A stretch of DNA of 64,000 nt, from assembly GCA_028818225.1 (NCBI GenBank), contig JAPPOG010000003.1, positions 24,572-88,571 on the forward strand. The letters are read 5' to 3'. The DNA comes from Gammaproteobacteria bacterium (GTDB taxonomy: Bacteria > Pseudomonadota > Gammaproteobacteria > Pseudomonadales > Pseudohongiellaceae). Below are positions 1-7,927 of the stretch, piece after piece. The notes under the pieces were generated by a model. That model was not told where the DNA came from and did no database searches. It saw only the letters and a program-made list of their open reading frames with translations. A program made the position numbers and the translations under genes. Each line of letters starts with the position of its first letter. Position 1 is the stretch's first letter.

Positions 1-144
1 ACCGCGATAGAGCTCTTCCATGGCATCGATGATTTCAATTGCACGGTCATCGGCGCTAACTATGCCCGATAAAAGAGCTACATTCAGGATCAGCAATCCC
101 CGGTGAGCGAAAAGGGCAATACATCGATAGATGCGAAATTTCAT
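1..144 (-). CDS. 5' end of a gene for a probable secreted protein of unknown function (continues past the left window edge)
   Basis: ATG at 144-142 (minus strand) opens a frame with no stop down to base 1: MKFRIYRCIALFAHRGLLILNVALLSGIVSADDRAIEIIDAMEELYRG. The charged N-terminus and hydrophobic core look like a Sec signal. It is too short inside the window for the ORF track, and there is no clear SD. Confidence 0.35.
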   Translation of the reverse strand, partial: MKFRIYRCIALFAHRGLLILNVALLSGIVSADDRAIEIIDAMEELYRG

Positions 145-1148
145 GGGCATTCTCGCTTGGCTAACAGCACACCTTTAAGGTTTGTAGTCAGAGTAAATTG
201 GTTGATCAGCCGAAAATTCTATCGTCTGGCGGCTAGATAGTCCAAATTCATTAGATTTACTGCCCGAAAGCTGACAGCGGGGTAATACAGGTAATTATGA
301 ACCTGGAGACTCGAGAATAAAGCATTCTCAGCCACCAGGCACCTTTAAAACCAGTCCCCTGATCACCACGCGGATAGCAGGCTCAAACAAGAAAAAGCCA
401 TGTTTTTGCAAAAACGCAGAAGTTTCAGCATGTTAGCAGTCATGCTCCACCGCCTGAGGGTCGCCGCCAATCTTCTGCTCTCACTCAAAAATAGTAAACC
501 TGACGGCTGCAACTCTGAAATTAATCCCAATTCCCAAGGGCAGCCCTTTGAAGAAGCCAACTAAATAGAGTTATTGCTTACATCGAAATCATTTCGAACG
601 ACCACCAGTCATCTGGTCGGGGTGTTCCCGGTTCATTGCCAAGCTTGGCGCTCCGCGCTCGCCAGGAAAGATCGAGTTCAGCATCCTGAAAGAGGCGCCG
701 CATGGTAACCGGGTAGATAGTATTTTCTATGCGAATGCGATCCGCAGGATTTGCCAGTAGATATTGTAACTGCGGCCTGACGAATCTGATAGGGCTCGAT
801 CTTCGCTTCAATCCAGGATTAAGAAACATCGAGGCGCTTATGGAAAACCCGGGCCTGGGCGAGGGAGACGTTGTCGAACTCAGACACACTGACGTGTCAT
901 GTGCAGATCAGGCGCGGCTAGTAGTAAAAGGGATAGAGGTTCGTACAGAGTTATTTTCTTCTTGTCTTACCGCAACTCGAGTTAGATAAAAAGCGCAGAC
1001 GTATTAATAGTGGCAGATTTATTTTTCAATTCAATTAAATCTGTTCTGTTTATTACTTGTTTGGCAACATCAAGTTGCAGACAGTAACTTTACCAAGACA
1101 CTTAAAACACCGTATTAAGAGGTAAAGTAAATAAGCTAAATACTATTG

Positions 1149-1538
1149 CTATTCCAATATCTCTATCAACTGAACTAAATTTCCACAGGTGTCATCCAGC
1201 ACGGCCATTTTTACGTTTCCGGCCTCCATAGGGGCTTGGGTAAATTCCACACCGGCCTCACTCAAGCGTTTATGCTCTGCTTCAACGTCATCAACCTGAA
1301 AAGAAGCTAACGGTATTCCATCGGCAACAAGGGCGGAGCGATAGGGGCCTGCGGCAGGGTGTTCACTTGGCTCCAGTAACAGTTCTGTTCCATCTGGTTG
1401 TTCTTTAGAAACCAGGGTGAGCCAACGATGCGCCCCTAGTGGAATATCGTGTTTAACTTCAAAGCCTAGTATGGTGGTATAAAAGTCGAGAGCCTGTGCC
1501 TGGTCATCGACCATTAAACTAGTTACGTATATTCTCAT
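1149..1538 (-). CDS. VOC family protein (glyoxalase/bleomycin-resistance/dioxygenase fold)
   Basis: 129-aa ORF. 'DDQAQALDFYTTILGFEV' and 'FQVDDVEAEHKRLSEAGVEF...VLDDTCGNLVQLIE' are typical VOC beta-alpha-beta-beta-beta modules. Its ATG overlaps the stop of the upstream ArsR gene (ATGA at 1535-1538). Confidence 0.85.
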   Translation of the reverse strand: MRIYVTSLMVDDQAQALDFYTTILGFEVKHDIPLGAHRWLTLVSKEQPDGTELLLEPSEHPAAGPYRSALVADGIPLASFQVDDVEAEHKRLSEAGVEFTQAPMEAGNVKMAVLDDTCGNLVQLIEILE

Positions 1539-1882
1539 TTATGTTCCCTATATTTTGCTATCCAACCACTGAGAGAATCGGATAAGGGTTTAGTGTTTAG
1601 CGAATGGAGTTTCGTATTGCCTTCCCATTCCACTTCGATAATGCCTGCTTCTTCGAGTACGCGCAGGTGCCGCGAAAATGCTTGCCGTGAATGGTTGATG
1701 CCATGTTGGTTGAGTACTCGTGCATATATCTCAAAAAGAGACTGCCGGTCACGCAGTGCCAACTCATCTATAACGCGCCGCCGCGTCGTATCGCCAATCG
1801 CCCGATAGAAACGATTAAGCTGATCATCAGAATCATTCACGGGATAACTATGCAACATTTTTGTTGCATAAGCAATGCCCAT
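1535..1882 (-). CDS. ArsR/SmtB-family winged-helix transcriptional regulator
   Basis: 115 aa. 'GDTTRRRVIDELALRDRQSLFEIYARV...SRQAFSRHLRVLEEAGII' matches the ArsR HTH layout. Translationally coupled to the VOC gene. Confidence 0.8.
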   Translation of the reverse strand: MGIAYATKMLHSYPVNDSDDQLNRFYRAIGDTTRRRVIDELALRDRQSLFEIYARVLNQHGINHSRQAFSRHLRVLEEAGIIEVEWEGNTKLHSLNTKPLSDSLSGWIAKYREHK

Positions 1883-1975
1883 TAGCAGGTGCTAAAAAGC
1901 ACTTTGTGTTGTGAAATTATGAGTACCCCTTAAACTCTGACATTCTCAAAGAGAAAAATCCCTGGAGTTAAAATC

Positions 1976-2422
1976 ATGTTTAGAGTCATCGCCGTATTTT
2001 CCTTGTCGGGCTTGTTGCTATCCTGCCAACCTGAAATACCCGTTGCTGCTGCGGCAGAAGCGAACGAACAATATGCTGCACCGGAATACATGAATCCCAA
2101 TCCCCGTGCACCTTACTCCGAAGGTGTCCGCTACGGTGGGCTGATATTTCTTGCAGGTAAAACTGGCGGGCCAGGAGAGTCTGGCGTACAACCGGAAACA
2201 CGCCGCACCCTGGAATCCATTGAAGACGCTCTCGAGCGCTTCGGTTCATCAATGGAAAAGGTTGTGAAATGTACTGTGTTCCTGGTTGATATGGATGAGT
2301 GGGGTGCCATGAACGAGGTTTATTCTGAGTTCTTTCCTGAAAACAAGCCGGCTCGAACCACAGTCGGTATTAGCCTGGGGGGAGACACCCGAGTTGAGAT
2401 TGAATGCATAGCAGCAGCATAA
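1976..2422 (+). CDS. RidA/YjgF/UK114-family protein with lipoprotein signal peptide
   Basis: 'GGLIFLAGKTG' and 'ARTTVGIS...RVEIECIA' are RidA-type segments. The N-terminus 'VFSLSGLLLSC' ends in a lipobox-like L-L-S-C. Confidence 0.8.
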   Translation: MFRVIAVFSLSGLLLSCQPEIPVAAAAEANEQYAAPEYMNPNPRAPYSEGVRYGGLIFLAGKTGGPGESGVQPETRRTLESIEDALERFGSSMEKVVKCTVFLVDMDEWGAMNEVYSEFFPENKPARTTVGISLGGDTRVEIECIAAA

Positions 2423-2431
2423 ACAAAGGCG

Positions 2432-2472
2432 ACGGATTTATTTTTTTGCACGATTGGGAAAAATAAATCTGT
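2432..2472. terminator. AT-rich inverted repeat between convergent genes; possible bidirectional terminator
   Basis: ACGGATTTATTTTT (2432-2445) and AAAAATAAATCTGT (2459-2472) are complementary at 13 of 14 positions, with a 13-nt loop. The repeat lies between the stop codons at 2422 (+) and 2475 (-). Confidence 0.35.
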
Positions 2473-2474
2473 CC

Positions 2475-4325
2475 CTACTCAATACTCTGCCCCAGCGGCC
2501 CATGCAGCCAAATAGGCGTGCCCTCTTCCCATTGGTTATCAGTCAGTTGCTCTAATTCAGTTCCATCATGGCGCATCACATAAATTTCACCATAGGGCTG
2601 CGGCGCATCGCTGTAGCTCGCTTCGTCTTTGAATCCCTGATGTGAGCCAGCATAAACAATGTATTCACCATCGGGCGACCAGGCCTGGTGGGAATCATTG
2701 CCTTCCGCTGTTGTTAATCTTTTTAGATCAGAACCATCAGGCCTGATTGTATAGATGTCATAATTCTCACCAATTAAACGAGAAAACATAATCTTGTCAC
2801 CTCGTGGTGACCAGAGAGGAAATACATCATAACCGTTGGTTAACTCAGTTATCGCCCCGGAATCCATATCGTAAAGACGTAAGCCAAAATTGGTTCCGTC
2901 GAAAGTTCGGTAAACAAATTTTGACGCATCTGGATTCCACGAAGGAAAAGCATCGTTCCCAGAATCAGGCGTTAATTCTCTATAACCACTTCCGTCCACA
3001 TTAATCATCGCGATCCTGGCACCACCATCGATGCGATCTTCAGGTTCAAGAAACAGATGATCGAAGCCGGCAAAAAACGCATTGAAAGAGCCTATACTGA
3101 AAATCAGTGAAGTTTCGTCGGCCGACCACATGGGCGCCAGCATAAAACGCTGTCCCGACTGGAATACCAATCGCCTCGTTCCTGTTGCGGTATCCATAAC
3201 CATGAGTTGATTGCCGGCGGTCATGGCAGCATATCTTCCGGTGGGGGAAACTGACGGCGTTAAGCCACTTAAAAAATACAACTGAAATGCATCAGAGGGA
3301 TTCCACATCGCGGCGTAACCCACAGAAGTTGCGGCAAGGTTTTTTGCATACACAACAGATTCGCCATCACTGGACCAGCTAACGTCACGAATCGCCGCGA
3401 TCGGGCCGCGGGTTCCGTCAGAGTAATACACACCCCTGCTGGCAGTACCATCCTTGCGGACATGGGCGTAAGCCCCGTCAGCGAATAGGGCTGGTGCAAT
3501 CATTGCGCCGTTTCTTTCCGGCAAGCTAGTTTCTGCGCCAGTCGCAATATCGATTAGCTTGAGCGCAGTATCGCCACCGGCTATCTGTGCACGACGGACA
3601 TGCAAAGTTTCATCGCCACTCATGCAATAAGTTAGCACCTGGCTGCTGTCCGCACTCCAAGCAGGACTGCCACAAAAACCATTACTCTCGGTCAGCTTGC
3701 GCAAATCGGAGCCGTCGGGACGTATGAGGTAAACATCCACCCTGTGGTTTGCCTCCCAGCGCCCATAAGAGAACGGCAGTCCATTTCCGCGGTCCGAGGA
3801 AAAGGCGATCCACTCCCCATCCGGTGACCAGGCCGGCCGAAAATCGCCTCCCTCTCCTGATGTCAGTTGCCTGGTTGCCCCTGTCGCCAAACGCAGAATA
3901 GCCAGATCTGTGGTGCCATCGTAGCGAGAAGTCACGAAGACCAAATGCGAGCCATCGGGAGAAAAATCAGCCTGATCGTCATAGGCCGGGTGATCCGTGA
4001 GCTGCTCGAGATTGCTCCCATCAGGATGCATGCGGTAGAGCTCAGCACCGCCGGAGCGTTCAGAGGTGAACACAATCCATTTATCATCGGTAGACCAGGC
4101 AGGGCTGTAGTCATTGTTTACCTCAGATAGAAATGGACGTTCGTCTGAACCATCCCGGTTTGCCATGAACAGCCCCAGCTGCACGCGGCCATAATTGCTG
4201 GGCCCAAGCCGCAGCGTGGCAATGGAATGTTGTAGTTCACCAGCTAAGCTTTGGCTGCTAACCGGGGATGAAGAAGTAGTTAGATAAAGAATAGATAAAC
4301 TGCACAGCAGGAATGAGCGAAGCAT
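2475..4325 (-). CDS. Secreted TolB-like PD40/WD40-like beta-propeller repeat protein
   Basis: At least nine repeats of the PD40 signature are present, e.g. 'YSPAWSTDDKWIVF', 'FRPAWSPDGEWIAFSS', 'AFPSWNPDASKFVY', 'HQAWSPDGEYIVYA'. The start is trimmed from the track's TTG at 4370 to ATG 4325, which has GAGGAA 6 nt upstream and gives the signal peptide MLRSFLLCSLSILYL. Confidence 0.85.
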   Translation of the reverse strand: MLRSFLLCSLSILYLTTSSSPVSSQSLAGELQHSIATLRLGPSNYGRVQLGLFMANRDGSDERPFLSEVNNDYSPAWSTDDKWIVFTSERSGGAELYRMHPDGSNLEQLTDHPAYDDQADFSPDGSHLVFVTSRYDGTTDLAILRLATGATRQLTSGEGGDFRPAWSPDGEWIAFSSDRGNGLPFSYGRWEANHRVDVYLIRPDGSDLRKLTESNGFCGSPAWSADSSQVLTYCMSGDETLHVRRAQIAGGDTALKLIDIATGAETSLPERNGAMIAPALFADGAYAHVRKDGTASRGVYYSDGTRGPIAAIRDVSWSSDGESVVYAKNLAATSVGYAAMWNPSDAFQLYFLSGLTPSVSPTGRYAAMTAGNQLMVMDTATGTRRLVFQSGQRFMLAPMWSADETSLIFSIGSFNAFFAGFDHLFLEPEDRIDGGARIAMINVDGSGYRELTPDSGNDAFPSWNPDASKFVYRTFDGTNFGLRLYDMDSGAITELTNGYDVFPLWSPRGDKIMFSRLIGENYDIYTIRPDGSDLKRLTTAEGNDSHQAWSPDGEYIVYAGSHQGFKDEASYSDAPQPYGEIYVMRHDGTELEQLTDNQWEEGTPIWLHGPLGQSIE

Positions 4326-4434
4326 TGGAAATTCCTCTTTGTTGCAGAATGTATTTGCTAACAATACCAAATTAGATAGCAGAGTTCAGAATACAAGTAT
4401 TCAAGATTTACTTTTCTTCAAATCTTACAATCTC

Positions 4435-5289
4435 TTATTCGCTCTCTGGAGCGATGCGATATCTACTCCATATAACTATCGCTATTCCACTCAATATAAT
4501 TGCTGTCGCTAAAACCAACCGCAACGTCAGTGGCTCACCGACAAATAATACACCGCCCATTGCAGCAATAACGGGCACACTGAGTTGAACCACCGCTGCC
4601 TGTGTCGCACTAAGATTCTTCAGAGCTGCATACCAAATACTATAACCTACTCCAGAAGCAATTCCGCCGGAAAGCATAGCCAATATTATTCCGGTTACAC
4701 TTAAATTAGCATCAGCAACAGCGATCACAATGAGAATGAGGACGAAGGGCAGAGTGCGGATAAAATTATAAGCAGTATCTGAAAGAGGGTCAGCGCAACC
4801 TCGCCCTTGCAGTGTGTATATTCCCCATGCCGCTCCAGCGATAGCCATTAACAGGAATCCCATCGGCGAAGGAGCGCCGACTCCGGGCAGTATCAGGAAC
4901 ACAAAACCGGTAAACGCCATTAAAACACCAAGCCATTCCCCCTTTTTCAAACGGGTACCACTGAATAATGTGGTCATGATTATCGTAAGCTGCACCGATG
5001 CAAACAGGATTAATGCGCCAGTGCCGGTATCCAGATTGATATAGGCAAGTGAAAAACTAATCGCATAAAGAAATAGCATGATCCCGGCTGTCCAGCTGCC
5101 TCTGGCTTTAGCTGGCTTCACTCCGCTGCTTACCGCGATAATTGCGAAAAGCACCAACACGCCACTGAGCAGCCTGATTGCAGTGAAACTGAGCGCATCG
5201 ATCGTTTCGGCAGCAAGAGCCAAACGGCACAATACGGAATTTGCAGCAAAGGCTATTAATGCCAGGACAGTCTGGACTATGGTTTTCAT
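4435..5289 (-). CDS. DMT-superfamily (EamA-like) permease
   Basis: 284 aa, about 10 hydrophobic segments in two EamA-like halves. The length and architecture are typical for this family. Confidence 0.8.
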   Translation of the reverse strand: MKTIVQTVLALIAFAANSVLCRLALAAETIDALSFTAIRLLSGVLVLFAIIAVSSGVKPAKARGSWTAGIMLFLYAISFSLAYINLDTGTGALILFASVQLTIIMTTLFSGTRLKKGEWLGVLMAFTGFVFLILPGVGAPSPMGFLLMAIAGAAWGIYTLQGRGCADPLSDTAYNFIRTLPFVLILIVIAVADANLSVTGIILAMLSGGIASGVGYSIWYAALKNLSATQAAVVQLSVPVIAAMGGVLFVGEPLTLRLVLATAIILSGIAIVIWSRYRIAPESE

Positions 5290-5494
5290 GCCATAAAGCT
5301 AGCAGCAAGTAATTGCAACGGGGTCAGATTTATAAGGGCTATGCAGAATTTTACCTCTGGCCCTTTATTAAGCAAAACTTCCCTCGAAATTCGTAGTTCC
5401 CGAAAGAAATCCTGCTTCAAAAGCGCTGGAAATAGGAGTAGTGTCTCCACTAGGCTCGCTAAACTGAACAACTATCGCTCTGCCGGAGAAAATC

Positions 5495-6472
5495 ATGACA
5501 AGAATACGGCTTACTCTGCTGATTGTGCTCACCGCACTGAGCTCAATCGCCCTGGCACAGGCAGTTGAAGTACCGCGCACAGAATATGGTCATCCTGACT
5601 TGCAGGGCACCTATACTTTCCGCACCATCACGCCATTGCAACGACCGGCGGAGTTGGCAGACAAGCCAACCCTCACGCGGGAAGAAGCCGCGGAATGGGC
5701 GGCTTTTGAGAATAACCGCCAGAATCGGGATCTTATTATCGACTCGGTAGGCGGTGCCGGCTATCCGCCCGGCGTAATTTCCTATAACGAATTCTGGTAT
5801 GAGCGCGGCACCGACACGGTGGGGGACTTCCGCACTTCACTCATTTACGATCCGCCCAATGGCAGATTGCCGCCCCTGAGCGAAATTGGCAGGGAGCGCG
5901 CTGCCTATACGCAACAAGTCCGAAGAGAAAGCGCCGGACCGGAAGCGCGTACCTTGAACGATCGTTGCATTATTAACAACCGTTCCGGACCACCCATGGT
6001 ATCCGGATCTTATAACAACAATATGCAATTAGTTCAGAATGAAGATTACGTGATGATCATGACGGAAATGGTTCATCACGCGCGTATCATTCCTTTTGCT
6101 GACGAACATGGCAGAGCCCATTCCCAATGGACTGGTCATTCCGTTGCCCGTTGGGAAGGTGACACACTGATAATCAGTACCCAGGATTTTTATCCTGACT
6201 ATGGCTGGCGCAATACTTCTCCACAGATGAAAATCGAAGAGCGCATTAACTGGATTGATGAGAATACCCTCAACTACGAATTCACGGTGGACGATCCCAA
6301 TACCTGGGAAACCACCTGGTCAGCCCGAGTGCCGATGCGCCGCATGGATGATCGAATTTTTGAGTTTGCCTGTCATGAAGGTAATCACGGACTGGCAGGA
6401 ATTTTAGCTGGCTGGCGCCGCTGGGAAATGGAAGGAAAGAATGAAGGGCATATTCCATCGGTTGATGATTAA
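5495..6472 (+). CDS. Secreted protein, unnamed conserved domain (paralogue A of the family also at 31735-33486 and 33562-34392)
   Basis: GGAG lies 6 nt upstream of the ATG. Sec signal 'LLIVLTALSSIALAQA'. Shared motifs with the paralogues: HPDLQGTY, NDRCIINN, GHSVARWEGDTLII, LNYEFTVDDPNTWETTW, FEFACHEGNHG. Confidence 0.85.
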   Translation: MTRIRLTLLIVLTALSSIALAQAVEVPRTEYGHPDLQGTYTFRTITPLQRPAELADKPTLTREEAAEWAAFENNRQNRDLIIDSVGGAGYPPGVISYNEFWYERGTDTVGDFRTSLIYDPPNGRLPPLSEIGRERAAYTQQVRRESAGPEARTLNDRCIINNRSGPPMVSGSYNNNMQLVQNEDYVMIMTEMVHHARIIPFADEHGRAHSQWTGHSVARWEGDTLIISTQDFYPDYGWRNTSPQMKIEERINWIDENTLNYEFTVDDPNTWETTWSARVPMRRMDDRIFEFACHEGNHGLAGILAGWRRWEMEGKNEGHIPSVDD

Positions 6473-6520
6473 CAGTTAAAACTAGCGAAGAATAGAATTG
6501 CAAAAATAAAGGAATCTAAA

Positions 6521-7339
6521 ATGGATCGACGCAAATTCATGCAAAACGCAGCCGCTGTAGCGGCAGCTTCTTTCACTGCAGATATGACATTAAGTCAGCG
6601 TGCTGAAGCTTTTGAAGGAGTGATGATTGAGGGACTGCCCTATCATTTCGCCACGTCGCCAATCTGCGAACCAGATCGAGAGCGATCGATGGCTCCTCCT
6701 GGCAGCAATATCGGTCCAGGTGGCGCACCAACTTCCAAATTAATGGCAGGTATGCATGACCCGCGCCTTCCGCCAATGCCAGAAAAACCTACTCTGCTTG
6801 ATTTCTATCGTTATCGAATCCCTAATCCATCCCATCTTCTGCAAAGTGCAAACTACGCGATGCAAAATAATATGGACGAAAAGGTAATCATGGCGTGTTT
6901 GCTACATGACATTTCTGTGGAGGGATTCATACGCACCGATCATGGATTCTGGGGCGCACAACTGGTGGCACCTTATGTTGATGAAGAAGTGGCCTGGGCG
7001 ATTCAGAAACATCAGGCCCTGCGATTCTTTGCTGATGATTCAGTTGGCTATGACTACCCTGCTGTTTATCGCGAATGGTTCGGCATGGATTATGAAGTTG
7101 AGCCCTGGGTACGAGCTGAATATGAGGAAGCAAGAAATCACCGCTGGTACATGAGTGCGCGATTAATTACCTTAAATGACCTCTATTCATTTGACCCCAA
7201 TGTTACTGATATTGAAATCGATCAATTTGAAGATGTGGTCGGAAGAAATTTCAAGCAACCTAAAGAAGGACTAGGTTTCGATGGATCAGCCGTGGCACAT
7301 ATGTGGCGCACCATGATCTGGCCGAATAGCTGGTTATAG
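6521..7339 (+). CDS. TAT-signal protein with HD-domain-like metal-binding motifs
   Basis: The N-terminus 'MDRRKFMQNAAAVAAASF' fits the twin-arginine consensus. 'PSHLL...MACLLHDISVEG...TDHGFWG...AIQKHQALRF' gives the H...HD...H...H spacing of HD-domain proteins. Confidence 0.6.
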   Translation: MDRRKFMQNAAAVAAASFTADMTLSQRAEAFEGVMIEGLPYHFATSPICEPDRERSMAPPGSNIGPGGAPTSKLMAGMHDPRLPPMPEKPTLLDFYRYRIPNPSHLLQSANYAMQNNMDEKVIMACLLHDISVEGFIRTDHGFWGAQLVAPYVDEEVAWAIQKHQALRFFADDSVGYDYPAVYREWFGMDYEVEPWVRAEYEEARNHRWYMSARLITLNDLYSFDPNVTDIEIDQFEDVVGRNFKQPKEGLGFDGSAVAHMWRTMIWPNSWL

Positions 7340-7373
7340 CAGACTAAATAAGAGTAATTGCCAGGAGTAATTC

Positions 7374-7886
7374 ATGAAGCAACGTAACTGCCTTATATTC
7401 TTTGCGTCACTGTTATCAAGTCTGACATTTAACGCATCAACATTTGGTCAGGAGCTGACAGCAGCTGAAAGAGCACTTATCGAAGCAGAAGCGCAGCGTC
7501 ATGTTGAGTATTACTACGATCTCTACTACGAAAGGAATCCAGAGGCACTTGCTACAGAAGTATTCACTATTCCGTGGTACATCATGGGAGGAAACGGCAT
7601 TATCGCCTACTCGACCGAGCAAGAAAATTTGCAGTATTTTTCCTCAGCTATTCAAGGTCTGCTAGAACGCGGTTGGGACAAATCTACTTTCAGAACTGCA
7701 AACGTTTGTGTCTTGGGCGCAGGTTCTGCGATTGTCAGTGGTACCAACACTCGTTCTCGAGCGGACGGCAGCATCATGTCAGTCGGCGGAGTTTCTTACA
7801 TACTCGGCACGACAGATGCGGGCTGGCGCATCATTTCATTCTCAAGCCATTCGCCTGACAAAGTAGTTCGCTGCGCAGAAGAGTAA
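7374..7886 (+). CDS. Small secreted protein, possibly NTF2-like/SnoaL-like fold
   Basis: 170 aa with Sec signal 'LIFFASLLSSLTFNASTFG'. The size and alternating pattern are compatible with an NTF2-like protein, but I see no diagnostic motif. Confidence 0.6.
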   Translation: MKQRNCLIFFASLLSSLTFNASTFGQELTAAERALIEAEAQRHVEYYYDLYYERNPEALATEVFTIPWYIMGGNGIIAYSTEQENLQYFSSAIQGLLERGWDKSTFRTANVCVLGAGSAIVSGTNTRSRADGSIMSVGGVSYILGTTDAGWRIISFSSHSPDKVVRCAEE

Positions 7887-7927
7887 ATCTTCTCCTGCAA
7901 GGAATAAGTATCGATTCCAGATATTAT

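Noticed and set aside
363-889. Minus-strand ORFs 363-560 and 578-889
   Set aside because: No RBS and no family resemblance. 578-889 overlaps the LRR-like plus frame on the opposite strand and is probably its shadow. One has a TTG start.
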